64,000 nucleotides of DNA from a virus. Under the pieces are notes generated by a model, which was not told the origin of the DNA, searched no databases, and saw only the letters and a list, made by a program, of their open reading frames with translations. The stretch is taken from IMG/VR virus record IMGVR_UViG_3300045521_000059; one strand, given 5' to 3'. Shown in pieces: positions 1 through 10,275 of this stretch (its first letter is position 1; each line of letters begins with the position of its first letter). The position numbers and the translations under genes are program-made.

Positions 1-308
1 AATCAATATAATCGATCACCTGCTTATTGATACTATTGATATCGGATAATTGGGGTAACTTTGTTAGAGCAAAATCCGCAATTTGAGCAATCGCTTCAAG
101 CTCTGTATCAACTTCAAGTAGTCCTACTCGATCACTATAGCCGCTTGGGCAGACGTCATATTCCTCAATCGCAGACATCAATTCATCCTTGCTCATAAAG
201 ATGAAAGATTGTGCTAATTCATCATCAATTAAACAAGCTCCATAAACTCCTTCAAAGCCTGTAATGGATTTCATTTGTTCAGGTGACAATACAACGGCAA
301 CACGGGTT

Positions 309-1043
309 TTATTCATGGTGCATACATCTCTCAGAAGGAAGAAAAATAAACAAATTAACAAATTGAGTTAATCCAGCCGCCGAAATCCAGGTAATTACCT
401 CGGCCTCATCATCTTCAGAAAAACTAGATGTCCATATACGACCGTATCGCCCTACAGTCATCATCCCTGGAATATCATCAAGCAAATTTAAGATATCAGA
501 AACGAAATGGTCCGTAGCCGATCTGTATAGATGATCCGCTAAATTAGGTCGGTCCTTTGCTATCTGAAGCCTGTTCCTCACTTGATTGGAAATGCTACAG
601 CCCCAAAGATTATCAGTATCAAGTGCTAATGATATGTCCTGTCTGATTGATTGAATTTTCTCATGCAAATTAAAAACGGCTACACAAGAAGTCGAAGATA
701 CATCAACTGTCATCGAAAAACGTGTCGGAAGAGCAGTCTGAGCCATCTCATCATAATGCATATCAGAAACAATAGGTGAATGTAGCTTTAAAAGATTTCG
801 TGCAGCCGTTAAATTTTCGTGCGATGCATCGTTATCCCCAAATTGATCAAAGGAAGATAATATGTCTGCAATGTTGTCACTATCAATGGCACCGGCAACT
901 ATTTGCCGAGCAATTTGTAAATGAGAAGAAAAGTTTGAAGGTGAAGAAGCTCGATGCATACTCGATTTTCCAGAGGCTATTGCATAATTGTGCCAAGCAT
1001 TTAGCGCTAGTGCAATCGTTGCTTGCGTTGATACATAGTCCAA
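309..1043 (-). CDS. hypothetical protein (244 aa)
   Basis: Long ORF in track; no recognisable motif. Confidence 0.6.
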   Translation of the reverse strand: MDYVSTQATIALALNAWHNYAIASGKSSMHRASSPSNFSSHLQIARQIVAGAIDSDNIADILSSFDQFGDNDASHENLTAARNLLKLHSPIVSDMHYDEMAQTALPTRFSMTVDVSSTSCVAVFNLHEKIQSIRQDISLALDTDNLWGCSISNQVRNRLQIAKDRPNLADHLYRSATDHFVSDILNLLDDIPGMMTVGRYGRIWTSSFSEDDEAEVITWISAAGLTQFVNLFIFLPSERCMHHE

Positions 1044-1076
1044 GGCTTTACTGGTAGTGAGGAGTTAAATTCTGAA

Positions 1077-2270
1077 ATGACATCAGCCAAAGGCTACAGA
1101 CTAAAACTCAGCAGCATTATCGAGTTGTCAGCATGGCTTGACGACTATCGAGCCACGTCTTTACGCCAACTTGGAAAGATGTATGGAACGATGGTTGCAA
1201 AGAGAGCTGTTGAGTACCTTGATAACGATAGAATGGGGATAAACGATCTACCAGACGACGTTTTTGCTAAAGCATGCTCTGACGTTAGAAAATTGCTAGG
1301 AAGAAGTTCAAACGGAATTATCGCGCCTGACATAAATTTATCAATAAAATTTCATTTCGTTCACGATGCAATATTGGCAACTTTCAATCATGGAAATGAT
1401 GAGTATCTGAAGACATGGGAATCGAATAAATCAGTCGTCAAATGGGGTTGGTCAGCTTCGTCTAATTTGAACGGTATTCCAGAACATATTTGGAAAATGC
1501 GAGAAAAATACTGGACTAAAGCCAACGCACGTAAATTCGGGGGAGATTTCCAACTTATACTCGTTGACAAACCACTGCCGGACATCGGTTGGGGAGCCAT
1601 TTGGCGATACCTTCCTTCAAATGAGCAACGAATTGCAACAACCATTGAAGCACTAAAGGACGCTGATCCAACAGGGCTTACAAAGCGCTTTTCCGGACAA
1701 AAACTGAAAGAAACGGTCTTTCGGTCTATAGATCAGGAAATCAACAAAAACAGTTTCCTTAAATCAAACAGGACCCGAAACTACGGAGCGAAGAAAATCA
1801 GGCAGGATGTCGCTGCAGCCAGAAAACAATCGGTGGCAAAAGATATTAATGAAAGAATTGAGGCTAAAGAACGACAACCAGTTCAGGCAGCAGAAATTGA
1901 TCATGCAGACGTAATTGTTGCTTCAGATAGCAAGATTTTTGTTGCGGTGCCCTATGTAGGCCTTGATCCAGATAGTCGCGTGTTTGTTCAAGTCAGCGAT
2001 AAACATGTGACTTTTTCGCAGAACGGCGTCCAATATGGGTTTGTAGACGATGTAAAAAGTTCGAGTCTCGATATTCTAAAGTCCACCAATCAAGTGATTT
2101 TAGTGGAAATTGAAAAAAACTTCGATGAGCGCTTGCTTCGTGCAAAACACATAGCCATTGTCACAAACATAAGTCTTCAAGACGGATTTGGCTCAGCGAT
2201 TAATCGTTTTAAACAAATTACCAACACCGCCATAAAAGAAAAGGAATTAAAAGAATGGGAAAAGCAGTGA
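1077..2270 (+). CDS. hypothetical protein (397 aa)
   Basis: Long ORF with GAGGAG RBS upstream; no recognisable motif. Confidence 0.7.
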   Translation: MTSAKGYRLKLSSIIELSAWLDDYRATSLRQLGKMYGTMVAKRAVEYLDNDRMGINDLPDDVFAKACSDVRKLLGRSSNGIIAPDINLSIKFHFVHDAILATFNHGNDEYLKTWESNKSVVKWGWSASSNLNGIPEHIWKMREKYWTKANARKFGGDFQLILVDKPLPDIGWGAIWRYLPSNEQRIATTIEALKDADPTGLTKRFSGQKLKETVFRSIDQEINKNSFLKSNRTRNYGAKKIRQDVAAARKQSVAKDINERIEAKERQPVQAAEIDHADVIVASDSKIFVAVPYVGLDPDSRVFVQVSDKHVTFSQNGVQYGFVDDVKSSSLDILKSTNQVILVEIEKNFDERLLRAKHIAIVTNISLQDGFGSAINRFKQITNTAIKEKELKEWEKQ

Positions 2271-2554
2271 ACAATATGATGATAGATGAAGCCTTTGCTG
2301 GATTACTTGATCCAAAGGAAATACACGAACTTGGCCGCGAAGATATAACAAGCGACAGACCTGGTGAAAGCCTCTTGAAAATAGTTCAGGAATTCGGACA
2401 TGAGGGGTTTAAAAATATTGTTGAAAATCGAGCAAAGGAGCGAGATGCAGCAATAGCCGCCGAGACTACTGAAAAAGATAAAAAGATGGCAGATTTTGGA
2501 TTAAATTCAAAACAGCCGACAACCGTCAATGATCTGTCAAAGAGCGATGATTAA
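2255..2554 (+). CDS. hypothetical protein (99 aa)
   Basis: ORF overlapping the end of the previous gene. Confidence 0.55.
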   Translation: MGKAVNNMMIDEAFAGLLDPKEIHELGREDITSDRPGESLLKIVQEFGHEGFKNIVENRAKERDAAIAAETTEKDKKMADFGLNSKQPTTVNDLSKSDD

Positions 2555-2586
2555 TCGTAAAAAAATGTTGACCAATGAATAAATCA

Positions 2587-2623
2587 AAAATACCCTTTTA
2601 GTGTCTGTATAAAAGGGTATTTT
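2587..2623 (+). promoter_or_regulatory. 14-bp perfect inverted repeat covering the RBS of the clpA-like gene
   Basis: AAAATACCCTTTTA-N9-TAAAAGGGTATTTT ends 1 nt before the ATG at 2625. Confidence 0.5.
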
Positions 2624-2624
2624 A

Positions 2625-4895
2625 ATGGATAGTCCTGAAGTCTATAAAGACGTTTCTCAGTTCACTCCCGAACTAAAAAGCGCATTTGAAAGAGCTAAAA
2701 CTGAAGCTGAATGGCGTGGTGCGGCTCAAATTGATCTCGTATTAGTATTGAATGCAATGCTTGATGACAAGATCGTTGCTCTTGCAATGCAAGAAAAAGG
2801 CATAGACTTAACAACTTTACGTTTTTATATCGAAAAACATCTCGATGCGAGAAGTTACCCTGAAGAAGTTGGCAAAGAGGGAATTTCTCTCTCGCAGAAC
2901 CTTTTTAAAGCTGTTTCTCAAGCATTCATAAGAAAACCCAGGCAAGAGGTCACCAATCTCGACCTGTTGAATGAGATTTGGAATGTTCCCCCAACACCAG
3001 CTCGTGAATATTATGCGGTTTCTGCTATTGAACTATGCCTTACACAGAATATGGAAACGATCCGTAATTGCGCACGTATGAGCTTCGTATTCGGCCCCAC
3101 TGGATTGGCCAACAATTCACAACCCGGACAAAATTATGAAGGGGCTTTTCCACCTTCGTATAACGTAGAAGTCAAACCTTCGAATATCGCAAAAATGGAA
3201 GATAGTCGCATCTTCAAGGAAGTTGAATTCTGCACCAATCTAACCAGCTTGGCTCATAAGAAAATGATTGATCCTGTCTTTGGTCGAGATCAAGAAATTG
3301 ACAGAATGACCGAGGTCATTTCACGCAGAAAGAAGAATAATCCAATTCTGCTTGGTGAACCAGGCGTGGGAAAGACCGCTGTCGTTGAAGCTCTTGCTGT
3401 AAGAATTATTGAAGGAGAGGTTCCGTATCTACTCAGAAGTGCTGAAATTATCGCATTAGATATTGCCAGATTTATCGCAGGGACCAGACAGCGTGGTGAT
3501 TTTGAACAGCGTATAACCAATCTCGTTGAAACTCTGGAAGCAAATTCTAATCTGATTTTGTTCGTTGACGAAATTCACGCCCTTGTCGGAGGTACACTTG
3601 GAGCCTCTGATGCAGCAGAACTGCTTAAGCCAGCATTGTCGAGCGGTCGTATCCGAGTAATTGGCGCGACAACCCATGGTGAGTACTTGAAGTATTTTGG
3701 TCGAAATCCAGCAATGGCTCGTCGGTTCCAACCTATTTCTATTGCTGAACCAGATGTTGATCACGCCATCATGATCATAGATAAGGTCATCCCTACTTAT
3801 GCAAAATTTCACAACCTGACGTATTGTGAGAATGCGTCAAGACTTGCCGTAGAGCTGTCGAAATCTTTCATTGTTGATAAGCAACTGCCCGATAAGGCTA
3901 TCGACGTCATTGATGAAGCAGGAGCGTCCGCTGCAGCTTCAGGCCGTAATACCGTTGAAGATGCAGACTTCTATAAAGTTGTACAGAGGATGTCGGGCAT
4001 CAAACTTGCCGTTACGGAAAATTTCGGCGCAACCGTTCTTGAAGATTTGAATAAAAGCATTCTAGGACAAACAGAAGCATGCTCTCACATTGCAAGAGCG
4101 CTGGCTCGTTCGAATTCTGGCTTAAATCGGGAAGATCGAGCTAAAACCGCAATCCTACTGTATGGTCCTGAATCATCTGGCAAACGATACGCAGCACGGC
4201 AGGTGGCAAATATCTTGAACACCAAGATGATCCGTATCGATATGTCTGAATTTGTGGAGTCACACTCGACTTCGCGCCTTATCGGAGCTCCTCCAGGATA
4301 TATTGGTTATGGGGAAGGAGGGCAGTTAACAGAGGCGGTTAGACGAAATCCATCAAGTGTAATTTTTCTAGACAGAATGGATCTTGCACACCCAAATGTT
4401 ACAAGCATCATTCTTCAGGCAATAGAGAACGGCATTATCACAGATTCAATGGGGAATAACGTTTCCTTTACAGGTACAACGGTCATCATGTCCATTGCTT
4501 ATGAAAACGTGCGAAAAACAATCGGATTTGGAGCTAATAAGAATGAGGAATACAATGAACGTCCCGATGGTGTTCCAAGTTCACTGTTAGACGCTGCAGA
4601 TGTAGCTGTAGAGTTTAAACCAATGCCTGAAGTTGCGCTCGAAACAGTTGCCAGCAAGCTCATATCTGAATTGGTTAAGCGGCTGAGCAAAAAAGATGTA
4701 AAGATAACAATTGAAGGTGATGTCTCTCACGAACTGGCACGCGTCGCAAAGGAAGATGTCGGAACCGCGAAGGCAGTTGAAATAGCGTTTAAGAAATTAA
4801 TCGAAGACACAATACTCGACGCATTGCCCAAGAGAGGGCAGCAACTAGCACTAAATATAGTAGACAAAAAACCTGTTCTTGAATTCATAAATTAG
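2625..4895 (+). CDS. clpA: ClpA-like Hsp100 AAA+ ATPase with intact D1 and degenerate D2
   Basis: Clp N-domain-like start; D1 GEPGVGKT, LFVDEIH, IGATT, ARRFQ; D2 pore loop GAPPGYIGY; IGF loop; no ClpB middle domain. Confidence 0.88.
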   Translation: MDSPEVYKDVSQFTPELKSAFERAKTEAEWRGAAQIDLVLVLNAMLDDKIVALAMQEKGIDLTTLRFYIEKHLDARSYPEEVGKEGISLSQNLFKAVSQAFIRKPRQEVTNLDLLNEIWNVPPTPAREYYAVSAIELCLTQNMETIRNCARMSFVFGPTGLANNSQPGQNYEGAFPPSYNVEVKPSNIAKMEDSRIFKEVEFCTNLTSLAHKKMIDPVFGRDQEIDRMTEVISRRKKNNPILLGEPGVGKTAVVEALAVRIIEGEVPYLLRSAEIIALDIARFIAGTRQRGDFEQRITNLVETLEANSNLILFVDEIHALVGGTLGASDAAELLKPALSSGRIRVIGATTHGEYLKYFGRNPAMARRFQPISIAEPDVDHAIMIIDKVIPTYAKFHNLTYCENASRLAVELSKSFIVDKQLPDKAIDVIDEAGASAAASGRNTVEDADFYKVVQRMSGIKLAVTENFGATVLEDLNKSILGQTEACSHIARALARSNSGLNREDRAKTAILLYGPESSGKRYAARQVANILNTKMIRIDMSEFVESHSTSRLIGAPPGYIGYGEGGQLTEAVRRNPSSVIFLDRMDLAHPNVTSIILQAIENGIITDSMGNNVSFTGTTVIMSIAYENVRKTIGFGANKNEEYNERPDGVPSSLLDAADVAVEFKPMPEVALETVASKLISELVKRLSKKDVKITIEGDVSHELARVAKEDVGTAKAVEIAFKKLIEDTILDALPKRGQQLALNIVDKKPVLEFIN

Positions 4896-4907
4896 CGGGT
4901 ATCTATA

Positions 4908-5579
4908 GTGAGGAATATCATTCTATCCGTTATGATCGGTACAATATTTAGCTTTTCTTTGCCTGTTCATCCTGTAAATGCAGGCGAGGAAAAGCACATT
5001 AAAGTGTCATGCACACAAAACGGTAGAATTGTTTACCAAAAAAATGAGGTTTCTGAGACAGAAACATACGATCAGAGAAAACTAATCGCAGATAAATTCC
5101 CGAAAGCTATGTGCATTTTTCTGGAAAAAAGCAGTTCCAGATTAACATCAACACCTGAAGAAGCTAATGCCATAGAATACGATGATGAGCTTCTTACAGC
5201 TTTAGCTGCGATTACAAATGGTAAAACTGGCGAAAGGTATCCAGAAAATATAGCCAGACTATTTTCAGATGAAGAAAATACGAAATCAATAATCAGCGGT
5301 AGCGATGGCAGATTTACAAATAATAATGCGAATGAAAAAGGAGAAAGCGGATTTGTTAATCTAACACTGGGTGTTTATAAAAATCTACCGATGGTAGACG
5401 TTTTAGGCCATTGGAAAATCATGCAAAAAGACGGCTCTATTTTAAAAAAAATGACGCCAACATTTGATAATGTCGACAACATAACAGTCATGTCCATTCT
5501 GAAAGTTCCGGACGAACTTGCTGATCAGGTCTGCAAAGAGGCCTCAAAAAGAGGGCAGGGGTGTATAGCATTCTTCTAG
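4908..5579 (+). CDS. exported protein, possible C-terminal SPOR-like domain
   Basis: N-terminal signal peptide; C-terminal ADQVCKEASKRGQGC resembles SPOR-domain ends. Confidence 0.55.
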   Translation: MRNIILSVMIGTIFSFSLPVHPVNAGEEKHIKVSCTQNGRIVYQKNEVSETETYDQRKLIADKFPKAMCIFLEKSSSRLTSTPEEANAIEYDDELLTALAAITNGKTGERYPENIARLFSDEENTKSIISGSDGRFTNNNANEKGESGFVNLTLGVYKNLPMVDVLGHWKIMQKDGSILKKMTPTFDNVDNITVMSILKVPDELADQVCKEASKRGQGCIAFF

Positions 5580-5595
5580 AATGGTATTGCACCGA

Positions 5596-6456
5596 TTAAT
5601 CGTCGAACATTGATAATGGAGGCCTTGGTGCATTTTTTGTATTGAATCTTTGATCCATAGAATTTTTGGGCACTCTTTTGGGAAGGTACACGGACAAATC
5701 CTGGTTAAGAGCGCTTTCAGCAATCGCTTTAGACAGCACAGCCCATCGATCAGATGGGATTCTTACAAAACTCTGACCACCCTTCATTTCGAGCGAGAAA
5801 TTCTCCTGAGTGTTTCGCAATGCTTCAGCTAAACGGCGAAGACGTGGATTCCAGCCTACTTTCCTAACAGCATAGGTAAGTTTATCGTTGATCGAATTAA
5901 CAGCCAGACGAAGCTCATTGATGTATTGGTCGCCGTCATAGAAAACACCGTTCCCGACCTGAGACAGTTTCTTGCGGCGAGCTTTATTCATACCAGGTTT
6001 CGCCATCATATGAGAAAGTACTGCCGCAGCGACAATAGGCTCGGAAATTTCAATGGCGTCCTCAGGCTCTAAATTGATGGACTTTTTAATATCTTCGATT
6101 GTTTTTTCTTCAAGGGCATCTTCAACCTTTTCTTCCAATTCAGCTTGAATTTCCAGCTTCATTTCCAGAGACGGGCTGTGTTCACGGATATCGTCGATAT
6201 AGCCATCATCGGCCATTTGCAACGGAACCGCGAATTCAGGGCGATGCTTCATTTGAAACTCTCCCGCTGTGTAGCCTGTGTTTGTATCAAATTCTTCAAT
6301 TGCTTTACGAACGCCTTCCAGAGCCATTGCCAAAGGCTTCAGATCAAGCTCAGAAATGGTTTTCCCATTCCGATGGACTAGCTTCATCGCCCGAACAGCA
6401 TCAACGACTTTAAGAGCATGGTTTTGCATTTTCACTCCAGACATTGCGCCGATCAC
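5596..6456 (-). CDS. hypothetical protein (286 aa)
   Basis: Long ORF; no motif recognised. Confidence 0.65.
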   Translation of the reverse strand: MIGAMSGVKMQNHALKVVDAVRAMKLVHRNGKTISELDLKPLAMALEGVRKAIEEFDTNTGYTAGEFQMKHRPEFAVPLQMADDGYIDDIREHSPSLEMKLEIQAELEEKVEDALEEKTIEDIKKSINLEPEDAIEISEPIVAAAVLSHMMAKPGMNKARRKKLSQVGNGVFYDGDQYINELRLAVNSINDKLTYAVRKVGWNPRLRRLAEALRNTQENFSLEMKGGQSFVRIPSDRWAVLSKAIAESALNQDLSVYLPKRVPKNSMDQRFNTKNAPRPPLSMFDD

Positions 6457-6485
6457 GCAATTCTATAAAATCTTATAAAAATAGG

Positions 6486-7403
6486 ATGCGTCAGATGAGA
6501 GCAAAAGCCAAATTCATACTAGCGGCAATGCTAATTTCATCAAGCCATGCGCTTGCAGCAAAGAACGACGATATTTGCACCATAATTGCGAATTCTGATC
6601 CAGATTACATTTTAAGCAAGCTTCGTTCATTCGCGCCGGACGTTTTAGGAAAACCAGCAATAAGCTGGAGCCGTGATGACTTAGTCAACCTGAGCAATAA
6701 CATTATATCTTGTGATGGATTGCCAAAAGGACCAGCAAACAGCCAGAAAGTTGTGCCATCGCGATGGCACAACCAGTTAAATATGGCAGGTCAAATTATA
6801 CTGCCAATTAATGATATTAATCGTGCTATTCAACAGGCATATTCACCTATCTGGAAATGGTCGGAAATTCCTAATTGCCAGGGAATCCTCGATTGGAAAA
6901 GAGATAAGGTTTGGAATACGAATAACTCCGCTGAAATTTTTGGCAAGGATTTTCAAGAAGCGACACCGGAAGAGGCCGCCATAATAAGTGGATTTATCAA
7001 TGAATGCGTGGTCGTTGCAAAAAAAATACTCGAAACCAATCGCCTTGATAGCAATGCAGCTATGAAAATTGCCGAAGACCTCAGAAGAACCATCGATAAA
7101 GAACAAGAAGCGGCCAAGGAAAAAAATAGCGATATAGCGCCTTCATTGAGAATTTATCACAACAATAAGCGCATCCCGTTAGCATATTTGGGACCGCAAT
7201 CTCGAAAATGGGTAGATTTTGTCAATAGATTCGAATTACAGAACACATCCATGCGAGTTGAGGATATGGTGACCGTTTCAAAATGGACAGAAATGGTCCT
7301 CTCCTCTAAGAAACAAACACCGGAAACAGCATTTGGCGAAGCCGTAAGAAATATAATTACAAAAAGAATGTTTAATCAAAATAATAAGAATTCGCCTCAA
7401 TAA
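6486..7403 (+). CDS. exported hypothetical protein
   Basis: Signal peptide (KFILAAMLISSSHALA); start moved to the ATG at 6486. Confidence 0.7.
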   Translation: MRQMRAKAKFILAAMLISSSHALAAKNDDICTIIANSDPDYILSKLRSFAPDVLGKPAISWSRDDLVNLSNNIISCDGLPKGPANSQKVVPSRWHNQLNMAGQIILPINDINRAIQQAYSPIWKWSEIPNCQGILDWKRDKVWNTNNSAEIFGKDFQEATPEEAAIISGFINECVVVAKKILETNRLDSNAAMKIAEDLRRTIDKEQEAAKEKNSDIAPSLRIYHNNKRIPLAYLGPQSRKWVDFVNRFELQNTSMRVEDMVTVSKWTEMVLSSKKQTPETAFGEAVRNIITKRMFNQNNKNSPQ

Positions 7404-7461
7404 ATAATTGACATTATTCCTTTGGAAATTTAAAAGCTCCCCATAGATAAAAGGAAATTAG

Positions 7462-8748
7462 ATGACAATTATTGAAATTGCAGGAATGCTTGTGGTTATC
7501 TCTGCCGTATTAGGATGGGTTAATCACGTTTTTCTAGGTCTGCCACACGCCATTGGCCTTCTGCTAATGGGGCTTTTTAGCTCTTTGTGCCTGTTGACAG
7601 CATCCTATTTTATCCCAGGTTTCACGTTGACAGATGACCTCAATCATCTGATCTCCAACATCGACTTTTTCGACACCGTTATGAACGGAATGTTGGCTTT
7701 TCTCCTGTTCGCGGCAGCGTTGCACGTAGATGTTCGTTCCCTCAAGAGTCAGCGGCTTCCAATTATTCTTATGGCATCTGTAGGCGTCCTTATCTCAACC
7801 GTTGTTGTTGGCGGTGGTCTTTGGGCGCTGTCGCATATGGCTGGTTTCGGCATCCCATTCACTTGGGCACTCGTGTTTGGCGCTTTGATCTCGCCAACAG
7901 ATCCGGTGGCAGTTCTTTCGGTTTTGAAGACAGTCAAGGTTCCTGAAAGTCTTGAAGCAAAAATTGCTGGAGAAAGCCTGTTTAACGACGGTGTTGGCGT
8001 TGTCGCATTTACAGTGCTTCTGACCGTAGCCTTAGCATCATCGGGCGTAATGCCCACGGCCAATCATCAGCTTGTCGATCCAGCTGGTACAATGAATTAC
8101 CTTGAAGTCTTTAAAGTATTTAGTATCGAAGTCTTCGGCGCAATTTTCTTGGGTATCGCAATTGGTGTAGGCGGTCTTTGGTTCATCAAAAAGGTTGATG
8201 ACGCAGCACTTGAGACATTGATTACGCTTGCCATTGTACTTGGCACCTACGGTCTTGCAGTAAAGCTCCACTTTTCAGGACCTATTGCTGTGGTCATCCC
8301 TGGCCTGATCATGGGCAACTGGGGCGCAAACAATGCGATGTCAGAAGCAACCAAAACTCATTTGTTCCCGTTTTGGTCCATGGTGGACGAAATTCTGAAC
8401 TCGGTTCTCTTTCTTCTTATTGGTCTTGAGGTTCTCGTTCTGCGGTTCGAAGAAAGTCACATCGTTGTGTCTCTCCTTTGTATCCCTCTCGTCCTGTTCG
8501 CTCGGTTTGTTTCGGTAATCACTCCAGTGACGGCTCTTCGGGCCGCAGGCCACAAATTCTCTGACGGCGCTGCGAGGATTATGACGTGGGGCGGAGTGCG
8601 CGGAGGTATTTCTGTAGCTTTGGCGCTGTCTCTGCCTGAGAATGAGTACAAAAGCACGATTCTGACGGTAACCTATGTGGTCGTTGTTTTCTCGATCATC
8701 GTGCAGGGACTGACCATTGCTCCGCTGGTAAAACGACTGGCCAAATAA
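7462..8748 (+). CDS. nhaP: CPA1/NhaP-family Na+/H+ antiporter
   Basis: About 12 TM helices; FGALISPTDPVAV, GESLFNDG and WGGVRGGISVALAL motifs. Confidence 0.92.
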   Translation: MTIIEIAGMLVVISAVLGWVNHVFLGLPHAIGLLLMGLFSSLCLLTASYFIPGFTLTDDLNHLISNIDFFDTVMNGMLAFLLFAAALHVDVRSLKSQRLPIILMASVGVLISTVVVGGGLWALSHMAGFGIPFTWALVFGALISPTDPVAVLSVLKTVKVPESLEAKIAGESLFNDGVGVVAFTVLLTVALASSGVMPTANHQLVDPAGTMNYLEVFKVFSIEVFGAIFLGIAIGVGGLWFIKKVDDAALETLITLAIVLGTYGLAVKLHFSGPIAVVIPGLIMGNWGANNAMSEATKTHLFPFWSMVDEILNSVLFLLIGLEVLVLRFEESHIVVSLLCIPLVLFARFVSVITPVTALRAAGHKFSDGAARIMTWGGVRGGISVALALSLPENEYKSTILTVTYVVVVFSIIVQGLTIAPLVKRLAK

Positions 8749-8763
8749 GACAACCAATTGTTC

Positions 8764-8809
8764 AACGTCAAAAGGTCGCCAATTTTTGTCTTGGCGACCT
8801 TTTGACGTT
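8764..8809. terminator. bidirectional intrinsic terminator
   Basis: 19-bp perfect inverted repeat between convergent genes. Confidence 0.8.
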
Positions 8810-8820
8810 CATAAGAACCA

Positions 8821-9165
8821 TTACATTCTTGGTGTAGTAGGGGTATCTTCCGCGATATCTGACGCTAATTCCTCACGGCTTTTTGCGTCCCAATATGGTT
8901 TAAAGCTGAAAGGAAGTTCAATCCAACTCTGACCGTCGCGGTCACTTGTGAAATTACGCTTGTTGCTGATACCACCTTCGGCTTCAAAGGCGTGAATAAT
9001 TTGTGACGCAGTTTCTGTATTACGAACATACAGATCGCTCTGCCAGCTTTCGGTTTCACAGCCTGCATCAATCAGACGTTCATAGAGAGATTTGCTAATA
9101 TCAGACATAAATGGCTCCGAGTTGAATTTGTTGTCAGAAAAATAATATGCTTTCATTACCTGCAA
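8821..9165 (-). CDS. hypothetical protein (114 aa)
   Basis: ORF; SDLYV...WIELPF..PYW pattern recalls small phage/plasmid proteins. Confidence 0.6.
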   Translation of the reverse strand: MQVMKAYYFSDNKFNSEPFMSDISKSLYERLIDAGCETESWQSDLYVRNTETASQIIHAFEAEGGISNKRNFTSDRDGQSWIELPFSFKPYWDAKSREELASDIAEDTPTTPRM

Positions 9166-9168
9166 TTA

Positions 9169-9366
9169 TCAAATTGAAACGTCTCCTATGATCTCATCAT
9201 CGAGATCAACAGCTATGCCAGTCGTTAAAATTACAGCTCGTTCAATCAAGGATTTTGGGATGACAATCGCCGAAGTATCAGGATTTTTATCCATATCTTG
9301 CGATATAACGTCAAGAAGTTGTGCCGTAGCAGGATCAATAGTCTCGTTTAAAAGTGCTGATATCAT
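9169..9366 (-). CDS. hypothetical protein (65 aa)
   Basis: ORF co-oriented with neighbours. Confidence 0.5.
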   Translation of the reverse strand: MISALLNETIDPATAQLLDVISQDMDKNPDTSAIVIPKSLIERAVILTTGIAVDLDDEIIGDVSI

Positions 9367-9433
9367 ACTAATGACAGTTTATTTATAACATCAAAATTAA
9401 GCTATAATGCTGCCAAAATCAATAAAATTACAT

Positions 9434-9748
9434 TTACTTACCATTTGCAAGCCAAAGCCAGCTATCACCCATAATAGCCCTGTAGCGTTCAGCATTTTTT
9501 ATATAATCTTTAAAATACGGTTTTTCCCCCTCAATAGAGACCAGCTTTTCAATTTCTTCCGTGTTTAGCAAATTCAATGAAGCTCCATGACCATATTCTT
9601 TCTCAATCTCGATCCATTCTGTTAATTGTATCTCGATGTCCTTCAATTGGCGAAGTTGCTCGACGCTCAATGTTTCCCTTTTGATAACTCGTTCAGTTAA
9701 ATGTTTTAAAATGCCGCGATTGCCCGTGGTTGAGAAATATAAAATCAT
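9434..9748 (-). CDS. hypothetical protein (104 aa)
   Basis: ORF directly downstream of tRNA array 1. Confidence 0.55.
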   Translation of the reverse strand: MILYFSTTGNRGILKHLTERVIKRETLSVEQLRQLKDIEIQLTEWIEIEKEYGHGASLNLLNTEEIEKLVSIEGEKPYFKDYIKNAERYRAIMGDSWLWLANGK

Positions 9749-9767
9749 TTGAAAATGTGAAAGTTCA

Positions 9768-9862
9768 CCTTGGTTTCTCGCCTAGATTCTCTCGGTTTTA
9801 AGGATGAGACAAATCAAACGCAACGAAATGCCCATACCAAGGCATAGGGGGACAAACCAAGG
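9768..9862 (-). ncRNA. candidate structured RNA at the 3' end of array 1
   Basis: 9-bp closing stem CCTTGGTTT/AAACCAAGG enclosing two smaller hairpins. Confidence 0.3.
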
Positions 9863-9911
9863 CGGCCTTTACATCAGCATGAAATTATGAAAACAAGAAC
9901 AGTTTAAAATC

Positions 9912-10006
9912 TGGTGCGGACGGCAGGACTTGCACCTGCACAGAGAGTTGCAAGCTCTCCACTGGGACCTGAACCCAGCGCGTATACTAAATTCCGCCAC
10001 GGCCGC
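9912..10006 (-). tRNA. tRNA-Leu(CAG)
   Basis: Anticodon arm CTGGG-TTCAGGT-CCCAG; long variable arm; encoded CCA; atypical T-loop TGCAAGT; C5.U68 mismatch. Confidence 0.88.
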
Positions 10007-10023
10007 ATTTGAAGGGTTAATAG

Positions 10024-10107
10024 TGGTGTGGGCTACGAGGATCGAACTCGTACTCATTAAGAACCGCATTTTAAGTCCGGCGCGTCTACCAATTTCGCCA
10101 AGCCCAC
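10024..10107 (-). tRNA. tRNA-Leu(TAA)
   Basis: Cloverleaf; loop CTTAAAA; CCA. Confidence 0.92.
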
Positions 10108-10150
10108 AAACTAATAATAGGAACATGATATATAGTGTTTTGTTGTTTCT

Positions 10151-10234
10151 TGGTGCGGCTGAGAAGATTCGAACTTCCACGGGTTACCCCACAGCGACCT
10201 CAACGCTGCGTGTCTGCCATTCCACCACAGCCGC
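10151..10234 (-). tRNA. tRNA-Leu(GAG)
   Basis: CAGCG-TTGAGGT-CGCTG; CCA. Confidence 0.95.
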
Positions 10235-10275
10235 ACATTTCCGCTGATTTATCTATAGCGGATACTCATATGTAT

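Noticed and set aside
2587-2623. CIRCE/HrcA operator (inverted repeat with N9 spacer)
   Set aside because: The arms do not match TTAGCACTC.
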